DNA of 29,663 bases, taken from NCBI GenBank assembly GCA_039000985.1, contig JAWBMD010000011.1:1-29663 (forward strand). Direction: 5' to 3'. Shown piece by piece: positions 7,825 to 15,265 of this stretch. The first letter of the stretch is position 1. Every line of letters begins with the position of its first letter. The notes beneath the pieces are model-generated. The model saw only the letters and a list, made by a program, of their open reading frames with translations. It did not search any database and was not told the DNA's origin. The stretch is from Candidatus Aenigmatarchaeota archaeon (lineage in GTDB: Archaea; Aenigmatarchaeota; Aenigmatarchaeia; CG10238-14; SpSt-28). The position numbers and the translations under genes were made by a program.

Positions 7825-8574
7825 CTAATAAAATTTATGGTATATGTTCACAACTAATTCCGAAACAAAATTATAAATTTTTTCAATTGTTTTAACTGAT
7901 AATCTTTTTTTATAGAACAGATTGTTTGGTATTTCATACTTTATACATAACTTGTTGAAAAATGGATAAGTAGCTCTAAGAAATTCGATTATTTGACTTT
8001 TCTTTACATGCTTTTGCTGCATAAAAACTAAAGGATAAAGAATTATCTTTAACATCGATAGAATGAGTCTTGAATTTCTTGGGGTTAAGTTATTAAAATT
8101 TAAAATAAAAAAAAAGTAGAAATTGGCTAAGGGACCTCCAAATTTAAATAACATTTCCTTATTGGCCTTCAATTCTCCTTTTATTTTTTTGAAGAAGTCA
8201 TAACCATAAAGTACTTTATATGGATTTATGGACATTCCAAAAATTAAAAGTGGATTAAATGAGTAAAATAATTGATACTTTTCTGGAATTATTATTAAAT
8301 CGATGTTACATATTTTGATTTTCTCAAAAATACCACCTCTTCCAAACGAAACTCCGAAGTTTTTTGTAAAAGTATTTGCAATATCAGATAGAAATTTCAA
8401 ATCCCTATATGTTGGTACACTACCCTTTGTTACGATAATTATGTCAATATCTTTGGACTTCGGATCCCATAACGAAGAACCTATTTGTATAATCGATTTA
8501 ATTCTTTTGCTCTTTGAGAGTGCTTCAACTAGCTTGTTCAAAATGAAATGTTTTGATTCAATTTTGTTCGCCAT
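7825..8574 (-). CDS. Pol-beta family (minimal-type) nucleotidyltransferase domain protein
   Basis: IQIGSSLWDPKSKDIDIIIV (GS...DxD) plus a downstream IDL acidic strand and a helical C-terminal domain. Start uncertain; ATG at 8574 preferred over the ORF-track 8649. Confidence 0.75.
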   Translation of the reverse strand: MANKIESKHFILNKLVEALSKSKRIKSIIQIGSSLWDPKSKDIDIIIVTKGSVPTYRDLKFLSDIANTFTKNFGVSFGRGGIFEKIKICNIDLIIIPEKYQLFYSFNPLLIFGMSINPYKVLYGYDFFKKIKGELKANKEMLFKFGGPLANFYFFFILNFNNLTPRNSRLILSMLKIILYPLVFMQQKHVKKSQIIEFLRATYPFFNKLCIKYEIPNNLFYKKRLSVKTIEKIYNFVSELVVNIYHKFY

Positions 8575-8703
8575 TCTCCCCAATAATTTAATTATAAGTT
8601 TTCTAAAAATAAATTCCAGTGGCATAAATGACATAAACAACAAAAACACATTATATTCAAAATAGAATGTCAGAAAACTCTGATTCTAACAAAACAGTTC
8701 AAA

Positions 8704-8726
8704 GTGAGTTCAAACCCCATCCTGCA
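8704..8726 (+). repeat. Degenerate direct repeat of the tRNA-Leu 3' end (att-like)
   Basis: GTGAGTTCAAACCCCAT--CCTGCA versus 6781-6805 GTGGGTTCAAATCCCACCCCCTGCA: 20 of 25 identical, same orientation. Confidence 0.6.
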
Positions 8727-8761
8727 TAAAGCTCAATACATTATCCCTAAAAGGAAAATTG

Positions 8762-8975
8762 TTAAGAGTTCTGTAAACTAATAGCTATTTCATTAGAATT
8801 AAACTTTCTCATTCATTTATCCATAGTTTCTTCTAATTCTTTTATTGAATTGAAGGCTCTGTTGTTAAGAGTCTCTCTTTGAATTTGCTAGAATATTATT
8901 TTTATCTACATCAGTGAGTTTAGATGCATAAGCAGGTAGCCAGATTAGTTTTATCTCACCATTATCATTGTTACT
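8762..8975 (-). pseudogene. IS630-family transposase C-terminal remnant
   Basis: Minus strand reads IKLIWLPAYASKLTDVD, then frameshifts to KIIF*QIQRETLNNRAFNSIKELEETMDK*MRKFN, matching the IS630 pattern LPxYAS.LN.VE..F...QR..L....F.S..EL...I..W...FN. One frameshift and two in-frame stops. Confidence 0.7.
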
Positions 8976-9226
8976 GAAGTTAAAATTTTTTACATAACTT
9001 TTATTTGTTCTTAATATTTTTTACTTTGCGATTTTATATTCATGTACACATAGAAGTATAGTCGAGAACAAAGCAAAAAAGCTTATTATGTATAAAACAA
9101 GATCTCTTTAATCGATTACAAAGCTACAAATAATACACTCTTTAATGAAAAATTTACTCAACCTTCGGGAATGTAAAAATTATTCGAAACCCTTTATAAA
9201 ATTAAGCAAATAACTTACTCTTAAAA

Positions 9227-9565
9227 CTACAGTTTGTAAATCCAACTTCTTTTAACTACTTTTTTTGGCTTAAATTTCTCAACTATTATTTTTAAAGCTT
9301 TTTTTAAATCAGAAGTTTCTTTGCATGTAACTATTTCTATATCTGCCATTTCATATTCTGGCCAGCTATGAAAAGCAATGTGACTTTCTGCTATTAAAAG
9401 AATAATACTTAATCCTGGTTTAAATACATGAACAAGCTTTTTAATAACTTTAACATCCAATACATTGGCTATATCCTCCATTGCCTTAATAACAAACTTT
9501 TCATCACTAAGTAAATCTTTATTACATCCTTCTATTTTTAGTAATAAATGTTTTACCGTTACCAT
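9227..9565 (-). CDS. speD: S-adenosylmethionine decarboxylase proenzyme (pyruvoyl-dependent, SpeH/SpeD class 1B)
   Basis: LLIAESHIAFHSWPEY autoprocessing motif (E|SH) and the conserved TC; adjacent to an aminopropyltransferase. Confidence 0.9.
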   Translation of the reverse strand: MVTVKHLLLKIEGCNKDLLSDEKFVIKAMEDIANVLDVKVIKKLVHVFKPGLSIILLIAESHIAFHSWPEYEMADIEIVTCKETSDLKKALKIIVEKFKPKKVVKRSWIYKL

Positions 9566-9600
9566 AATAAAATATTTTATAGGTAAAAAATTAAAAATTT

Positions 9601-10707
9601 TTACAAATATGTATATATAGTTTTTTTAAACTGAATCTTACGAATCTTCCAAGGAATATAATTAAAAACATAAAAATTTGCAAACAAGATAGGAACTTTT
9701 TTAATATTAAATTTCGATTTTATCCTCTGAACTATTACATCAAACTCAGAGTGTTTTACATATGGATACATTACAAAATTAGGGATTAACTCTAATAGCA
9801 TTAGCTTCTTTTCAGAAAAAAATTTCTGAAGAAATAAAAATCTATTGCCAATGTTTTCATCACCAATAACCAAAAATGAAATACCACCATCCTTACTAAA
9901 ATTGTTTATTCCAAATTCCATAAAGCTTTTAACACCATTTTCCGTATATGGAGGATTAGCATAAAATGCTATGAATTTTTTAGCGAATTTTTTGCTTTTT
10001 CTTATATCAACTAACTTTGTTTTAATGTTAATATTTAACAACTCATTTAATCTTTCTATAACATTCAACAATTCAACATCTATATCACAAACAGTAATAG
10101 AAATTTTTGGATTAATCAAAGCCAATAAAACAGAAACAAAATCGTCATCACCAACAAAAAGAATTCTATCATTTATTGGCAAATAAGCCGTTATTCTCTC
10201 TAAAACTGAAATAGCTGAAAAATTAGAAATTGGTAATTGATCAAAATGTTCTTTCCATTTAAACTTTAAACCTAGTTTGGAAAAAATAAAAAATACTGGA
10301 AGATTAAAATATTTTTTAATATTTATTTTTAGTTTTTTCTCAACGATTTTTAAAATTTGATTAATAGTTAAAGGTCTTACTAAACAATCAAGAATATCTT
10401 TCTCCTTTAAAAATACTTTCCCATTTTCTATACCTATTATATTTTTCTCTTCTAAAAAAGAATACAAATACCATAAATTCCATATATCTCCACCAATTGA
10501 TCTCGAAATACTCTTAGAAAAAACTACATTTTTTAATTTAATAGAAAATTGTACAAAGCTTGGCTTTATATAATTATCATAAACCTTTTTACAAACATGC
10601 TTACTGAATGAAATCTCTTCTAATAGTTGAAATTTTAAATCTTCAATAAATTTATTTTCCTCATACTTTATAAACTCTTTATATAATGACTTTAAATTAA
10701 CTGACAT
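9601..10707 (-). CDS. bpsA: Branched-chain polyamine synthase BpsA-like (N4-bis(aminopropyl)spermidine synthase, DUF43)
   Basis: FDQLP, ILFVGDDDFVSVLLAL, DID and NPPYTENG motifs; directly upstream of speD. Confidence 0.8.
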   Translation of the reverse strand: MSVNLKSLYKEFIKYEENKFIEDLKFQLLEEISFSKHVCKKVYDNYIKPSFVQFSIKLKNVVFSKSISRSIGGDIWNLWYLYSFLEEKNIIGIENGKVFLKEKDILDCLVRPLTINQILKIVEKKLKINIKKYFNLPVFFIFSKLGLKFKWKEHFDQLPISNFSAISVLERITAYLPINDRILFVGDDDFVSVLLALINPKISITVCDIDVELLNVIERLNELLNINIKTKLVDIRKSKKFAKKFIAFYANPPYTENGVKSFMEFGINNFSKDGGISFLVIGDENIGNRFLFLQKFFSEKKLMLLELIPNFVMYPYVKHSEFDVIVQRIKSKFNIKKVPILFANFYVFNYIPWKIRKIQFKKTIYTYL

Positions 10708-10710
10708 AAG

Positions 10711-11550
10711 CTAAATTATAATAGTATCTTCGGCTTGAACAACAATTCCATTTTCTATTAAAGCTGGATATTTTATTAAAGCTTTTTTCTCAATTAATTC
10801 ATTTAATGCTATTTCTAAAATAGCTAAAGAAAAATCTTTTAGCCATCTTTTTGCAAAAGGTAATTTTTTGAACTTATTGTTTGCTAACTCTAAAATTTTT
10901 CTAGCTATTTCATTTCTCGTTCCCACATATTTATTAAACTGAAAAATATTTGTAATACTAGATTCCTTTACCCAGCCATTTCCATTTGTTAAAAAAATTT
11001 CTATAGCATAAACATTATCTTTTTCAAAAACTTCATTGCTAAAGTTTTTATAATTTGGTATTGATGGTTTTGCATGGATTTCAAATCTATCTAATCTGTG
11101 ACCAGTTAAATTTCTAACAATTTTAAATCCAGTATCCTTAACAATATTTTCAACTACATTACCAACTTCACTAATTTTATTTCCTTCACTAACAACTTTT
11201 TTAGCTTCATTTAAACATTTTTCAACAATTTCAATCATTTCATTTTTTTCACCAATACAAAAAGTTTTAGCTATATCCGCAATAAAACCATTTATATGGC
11301 AACCTATATCTATTTTTACAACATCTCCTTTTTTTAAAACATATGTTTCATTTATATCTGGAGTAGAATGGGCAGCTACTTCATTAATAGAAATATTTAC
11401 AGGAAATGCTATTTCAGCACCAAATTCTAAAATATTTTTTTCTATTTCTTCTGCTATATTTAAAATTTTTTCACCCTCAACTAGAATTTTTTCACAATTA
11501 TTCATAACTTTCCAAGCAATCTCTCTAGCCTTTTTATATTCCTCAAGCAT
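10711..11550 (-). CDS. map: Methionine aminopeptidase type II
   Basis: FPVNISINEVAAH, KIDIGCHINGFIAD, NLTGH, AIE and QAEDT metal ligands, plus the type II helical insert (LPFAKRWL). Confidence 0.95.
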   Translation of the reverse strand: MLEEYKKAREIAWKVMNNCEKILVEGEKILNIAEEIEKNILEFGAEIAFPVNISINEVAAHSTPDINETYVLKKGDVVKIDIGCHINGFIADIAKTFCIGEKNEMIEIVEKCLNEAKKVVSEGNKISEVGNVVENIVKDTGFKIVRNLTGHRLDRFEIHAKPSIPNYKNFSNEVFEKDNVYAIEIFLTNGNGWVKESSITNIFQFNKYVGTRNEIARKILELANNKFKKLPFAKRWLKDFSLAILEIALNELIEKKALIKYPALIENGIVVQAEDTIII

Positions 11551-11560
11551 AAAAATATAT

Positions 11561-11947
11561 ATGCAAATGGATTTATTAGCAGATGCATTAAATCAAATAA
11601 AAATTTGTGATAAAGTAGGAAAAAAAGAATGCACGATAAAACATAGCAAGCTAATAGAAAATGTACTCAAAGTTATGAAAAAATATGGATACATAAAAAA
11701 CTACTTGGTTTTAAAAGAAGGGAATTTTTTAAAAATAAAAGTTTTTCTATCGAATAAAATAGTTGATTGTAAAGCAATAAAGCCAAGATTTCCATGTAGT
11801 GTGGATGATATTTTCAAGTTTGAAAAAAGATATTTACCGGCAAGGGAAAAAGGTATATTAATACTAACAACAAGCAAAGGAGTAATGAGCCATATTGATG
11901 CAAGATCTTTAAATGTAGGTGGTTCTTTGCTTGCTTACGTTTATTAA
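11561..11947 (+). CDS. rps8: 30S ribosomal protein S8 (uS8)
   Basis: DLLADALNQIK, KAIKPRF, FEKRYLPA, LILTTSKGVMSH, GGSLLAYVY. Confidence 0.97.
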   Translation: MQMDLLADALNQIKICDKVGKKECTIKHSKLIENVLKVMKKYGYIKNYLVLKEGNFLKIKVFLSNKIVDCKAIKPRFPCSVDDIFKFEKRYLPAREKGILILTTSKGVMSHIDARSLNVGGSLLAYVY

Positions 11948-12649
11948 ATGAAAGTAATAATAAAAAAAGGTGAGAAAATAAATAAAAAAATAATAAAAGG
12001 ACTAGAAAAAATTGATGAAAATATTGTTGCTTGTATTGGTGGTGATGGTACTATTTTATATGCATTGAAGCATTTTAACAAACCTTGTTTATTAATAAGA
12101 TTACCGAATAAAAAAAGTTTAGGATTTAGAGGAGATACAACAATTGAAAATCTAAAAGCTATTGAAGAAAAAATAAGAAAAAAAGAATTTTATAAAGAAA
12201 AATTCAAAAAAATTGAAGTAATTCAACAAAATAAAAAAATCGAAGTATTTAATGATGTTGTTATATTTAGAAGAGTTGCAAAAGAAATTGGAATTGAAAT
12301 TATTGAAGAAAATGAAAAAGTATTGGAATTTTTTGGTGATGGTGTAATAATAACTTCTTCATTTGGTTGTACAGCTTATAATTTTAAAGCTAATGGACCA
12401 ATAACAAGAGAAAAAGACATTTTAATAATAACACCAATTAATTCAAACATAAAAAATTCTTACATAACAAAAAAAGAATTAAAAGTATTTATTACTAAAG
12501 GAAAAGCGAAATTAGAAATAGATGGTGAAAATTTTGGAAATGTGAAAGAAATAAAAGTAAATTTATCGAAAAAAACATTTGAAATTGTTAAATTAAAAGG
12601 ATTTGAAGAAAGCTTTAGCTCAAAAATAAATAGAATAATTGTAAGATGA
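11948..12649 (+). CDS. nadK: NAD(+)/NADH kinase
   Basis: GGDGTIL, FND, GDGVIITSSFGCTAYNFKANGP and IDG motifs. Confidence 0.88.
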   Translation: MKVIIKKGEKINKKIIKGLEKIDENIVACIGGDGTILYALKHFNKPCLLIRLPNKKSLGFRGDTTIENLKAIEEKIRKKEFYKEKFKKIEVIQQNKKIEVFNDVVIFRRVAKEIGIEIIEENEKVLEFFGDGVIITSSFGCTAYNFKANGPITREKDILIITPINSNIKNSYITKKELKVFITKGKAKLEIDGENFGNVKEIKVNLSKKTFEIVKLKGFEESFSSKINRIIVR

Positions 12650-13317
12650 AAGTAATAGCTGGAATAGATGAAGCTGGAAGAGGTGCTGTAATAGGACCTA
12701 TGATTATTGCTTGTGTTTCAATAATTGAAGATAAAGAACATTTACTAAAAGAAATAGGTGTTAAAGATTCAAAAGAATTAAGTAGAAAAAAAAGAGAAGA
12801 GCTTTATAAAGAAATAGAAAAAATTGCTGCAAATATTGTTGTTATTAGAATAAATGCTTGTAAAATAGATAGCTATAGAAAAAATAAAATAAATCTAGAT
12901 GAAATAGAAGCTATGAAAATTGCACAATTAATAAATGCTTGTGAAGCAGATGTTGTTTATGTAGATTCTGTTGAAAGAAATGCAGAAAAATTTAAAGAAA
13001 TGATAAAAAAGAATTTGGAAAATAAAAAAATTGAGCTAATTGTTGAAAATTATTTGGATGAAAGTATTCCAGTCGTTTCTGCAGCTTCTATAATAGCAAA
13101 AGTTGAAAGGGATAAAAGCATAGATGATATTAAAAGTTTTATTGGAATTGATTTTGGTTCTGGTTATCCTGGTGATCCTTTAACAGTTAAATATTTAGAA
13201 GATTTAATATCAAACAAAAAAGAAATTCCCATATTTGTTAGAGAAAGCTGGATAACATTAGATTTAGTGAAAGAAAAAATATTCCAAAAAAGTTTAAAGG
13301 ATTTTTTAAGTAAATAA
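12646..13317 (+). CDS. rnhB: Ribonuclease HII
   Basis: GIDEAGRGAVIGP, KDSKEL, VSAASIIAKVERD, GSGYPGD, RESW. Confidence 0.96.
   Translation: MKVIAGIDEAGRGAVIGPMIIACVSIIEDKEHLLKEIGVKDSKELSRKKREELYKEIEKIAANIVVIRINACKIDSYRKNKINLDEIEAMKIAQLINACEADVVYVDSVERNAEKFKEMIKKNLENKKIELIVENYLDESIPVVSAASIIAKVERDKSIDDIKSFIGIDFGSGYPGDPLTVKYLEDLISNKKEIPIFVRESWITLDLVKEKIFQKSLKDFLSK
13285..13300 (+). promoter_or_regulatory. Putative BRE/TATA promoter of tRNA-Ser, embedded in the rnhB 3' end
   Basis: An A-run followed by TTTAAA about 27-32 nt upstream of the tRNA 5' end. The AT-rich background limits certainty. Confidence 0.4.
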
Positions 13318-13324
13318 ACTTTAT

Positions 13325-13410
13325 GCCCGGGTGCCGGAACCAGGCTAACGGGCTTGCCTCGAGAGCAAGTGGAGCTTTGCTCCATCTGGGTTCAAATCCC
13401 AGCCCGGGCG
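13325..13410 (+). tRNA. tRNA-Ser(CGA)
   Basis: GCCCGGG/CCCGGGC+G acceptor, CTTGC-CT-CGA-GA-GCAAG anticodon arm, long variable arm TGGAGC-TTT-GCTCCA, T arm CTGGG-TTCAAAT-CCCAG. Confidence 0.96.
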
Positions 13411-13467
13411 CTTCAATTTCTCCTAAGCCCAGTGGAATATATAAGCTGTCGTTAACAATTAGAAGAT

Positions 13468-13695
13468 ATGGATTTATACAACAGAGAAAGAATAATAAAA
13501 AATCAATTGGAAGATATAAAAAGAATAGATTTGAAAACTTATGAAAAGATTACCGAGTTTATTAAAAAGCTGGGGGCAAACAATTACTCGATGGGAGACA
13601 GAAAAGTATGTTAGCTTCTTAAAAAGCTTGAGAAAATTTTTAATGATTCTAAAAAGCTCTAAACATGACTTTTAAAAATATTGAAGTTTTTCATT
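13468..13695 (+). pseudogene. Remnant of the N-terminal domain of an archaeal tyrosine integrase
   Basis: MDLYNRERIIKNQLEDIKRIDLKTYEKITEFIKKLGANNYSMG, frameshift, EKYVSFLKSLRKFL...KHDF, then KILKFF. Resembles N-termini of tRNA-targeting archaeal integrases; starts 57 nt after the tRNA-Ser 3' end. Confidence 0.5.
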
Positions 13696-13746
13696 CTTTT
13701 TGCAAAAGCTATAAAAATTGATAGATTGAATGGGATGAGAAAACTC

Positions 13747-14013
13747 TTAATAATTATAAAATTTTCTTCTATAACTTTCTACAATTCTTTCTGCAGCATA
13801 TTTCTTCCCAACACTTCTTTCTAGATCATCTCTATAAGAACGAAGTCCCCGAACCTCTATATAGACTTCGATACTTCTTGCTATTTCTTCTGCTAATTTT
13901 TCATTCTTTATTTTATATATTTCTTTAACAGCTTCTATAAGATATCTGTCGCTCATAATTATAATAGTAACAAAAAACTTTAAATATTTTGAAACATTAT
14001 TATTGCACAGCAT
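13747..14013 (-). CDS. Small hypothetical protein (true start probably the internal MSDRY)
   Basis: Charged helical ORF; no family recognised. Confidence 0.55.
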   Translation of the reverse strand: MLCNNNVSKYLKFFVTIIIMSDRYLIEAVKEIYKIKNEKLAEEIARSIEVYIEVRGLRSYRDDLERSVGKKYAAERIVESYRRKFYNY

Positions 14014-14195
14014 ATAAAAACTCCCCTAATATATAAAACAACAAAAATAGTTTTTCAAGAAAAGCTCATTTGTAAATTCTCTTTTAATCCTATTTCAATC
14101 TGATTTAAATATACCTACAATACCAATAAACTATACCAGAGTTTTATTAAACATTCTAAAAATATTTTGCTCCATAACAATGGTATTTCTTCATT

Positions 14196-14750
14196 TCATG
14201 ATTCCAATTCATTTACAATACTTTTTAAAGAGTTTAAAGCTATCTCAAAAAATTTTTCTTTAGGTAAACCAATTTTTTCACAAAACAAAATTCTTTCTCT
14301 GCTACAAATTCTAGCAAAATCTTTCTGCTTAAATTTTTCTTTAATAGTTTTGACTTTTACTTCTTCTAGCTTTTTAGAAGGCATAACTAAAGCACAAGCA
14401 ACTATTAGACCAGAAACTGCATCACTAGCTATCAAAGCATTTTCCATCTTGGTTTCAGGCATAATTCCTTTGTTCTCAAAATTGTGAGATTTTATTGCTC
14501 TAATTATTTCATCGGAAACCTTTCCCTTTAGAATTTCCTCTGCAACTAAACCATGTTTTTTTGGTTCATTTATTGTCTTTTCAAAATCTATGTCATGTAA
14601 CAAACCAACTAAGCTCCACAATTCTGCATTTTCATTCAAACAATTTGCCAAATCTTTCATAATAGCTTCTACTGCAAACATATGTTTAAGCAAGTTAGTT
14701 TTTGTTATATTGTTTTTAACTAAAGCTAAAGCCTCTTCTCTTGTTAACAT
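14196..14750 (-). CDS. HD-superfamily (HDIG) phosphohydrolase, COG2316-like
   Basis: KHMFAVEAIM, GLLHDIDFE, HGL, IKSH, ASDAVSGLIVACALV, KDFAR. Confidence 0.9.
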   Translation of the reverse strand: MLTREEALALVKNNITKTNLLKHMFAVEAIMKDLANCLNENAELWSLVGLLHDIDFEKTINEPKKHGLVAEEILKGKVSDEIIRAIKSHNFENKGIMPETKMENALIASDAVSGLIVACALVMPSKKLEEVKVKTIKEKFKQKDFARICSRERILFCEKIGLPKEKFFEIALNSLKSIVNELES

Positions 14751-14789
14751 CTTTTCTACTTTTTAATTTATACTCTATTAAGTATGTTT

Positions 14790-15017
14790 TTATTTGTATC
14801 CATCTACAAAAAAGTATTTATAAGTTCTAGGATTGAACTTACCTTTTACTCCAGACTTAACTATTAATTTATTAAACAAATCAAACAACTTTTTAATGTC
14901 TTCATTATTTTTGTTATAAACAACATACCAATGGGGTGCTTTTTCAGCATATGTTTTTGCAAATATCCGATTAACTTTTTTTGCTAAATTAGCAAATTCT
15001 ATTAGTTTTTTATCCAT
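14790..15017 (-). CDS. Small hypothetical protein, possibly C-terminally truncated
   Basis: 75 aa with FAKTYAEKAPHWY...YKYFFVDGYK, stopping abruptly; NILNRV follows in another frame. Confidence 0.5.
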   Translation of the reverse strand: MDKKLIEFANLAKKVNRIFAKTYAEKAPHWYVVYNKNNEDIKKLFDLFNKLIVKSGVKGKFNPRTYKYFFVDGYK

Positions 15018-15206
15018 GTATTAATAGTTTTCTATAAAAATAATATATATCCTTTTCAAATTATCTGTCTTGAGAACAAAAATCCATAAAGCTCGAATTT
15101 AACATGAATTCAAACAATATAGAAAAAATACAACATATATAAAAACTAGAGAAATAAAAATCTTTAGTGTTAAAAATATAGTTTTTTTAATTAATGCATA
15201 GACATA

Positions 15207-15225
15207 GAGAACTTAATACGTTCTC
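15207..15225. promoter_or_regulatory. Inverted repeat GAGAAC-N7-GTTCTC, candidate operator
   Basis: Perfect 6-bp arms 40 nt upstream of the methyltransferase start codon. Confidence 0.3.
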
Positions 15226-15265
15226 ATTAGAACAAAAATAAAACAAATTTTATAAAATTTATAAT

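Noticed and set aside
8663..8688. Bulged hairpin TAGAA-TG-TCAGA-AAAC-TCTGA-TTCTA
   Set aside because: Short and AT-rich; cannot be distinguished from chance.
7632..8726. Split (trans-spliced) tRNA formed from the 7632 5' part and the 8704 3' part
   Set aside because: No long complementary GC-rich leader/trailer, the T-stem is broken and acceptor pairing is incomplete; decay explains both pieces better.
8810..8895. Stop-codon reassignment suggested by TGA at a Trp-like position
   Set aside because: It occurs in a frameshifted IS remnant that also has a TAG; intact genes end normally at TGA (e.g. 2280, 2855, 12649).
13164..13544. ORF-track ORFs 13164..13385(-) and 13323..13544(+)
   Set aside because: They read through tRNA-Ser and antisense to rnhB; artefacts.
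15245..15260. Palindrome AAATTTTATAAAATTT before the MTase start
   Set aside because: Pure A/T in a very AT-rich genome; expected by chance.
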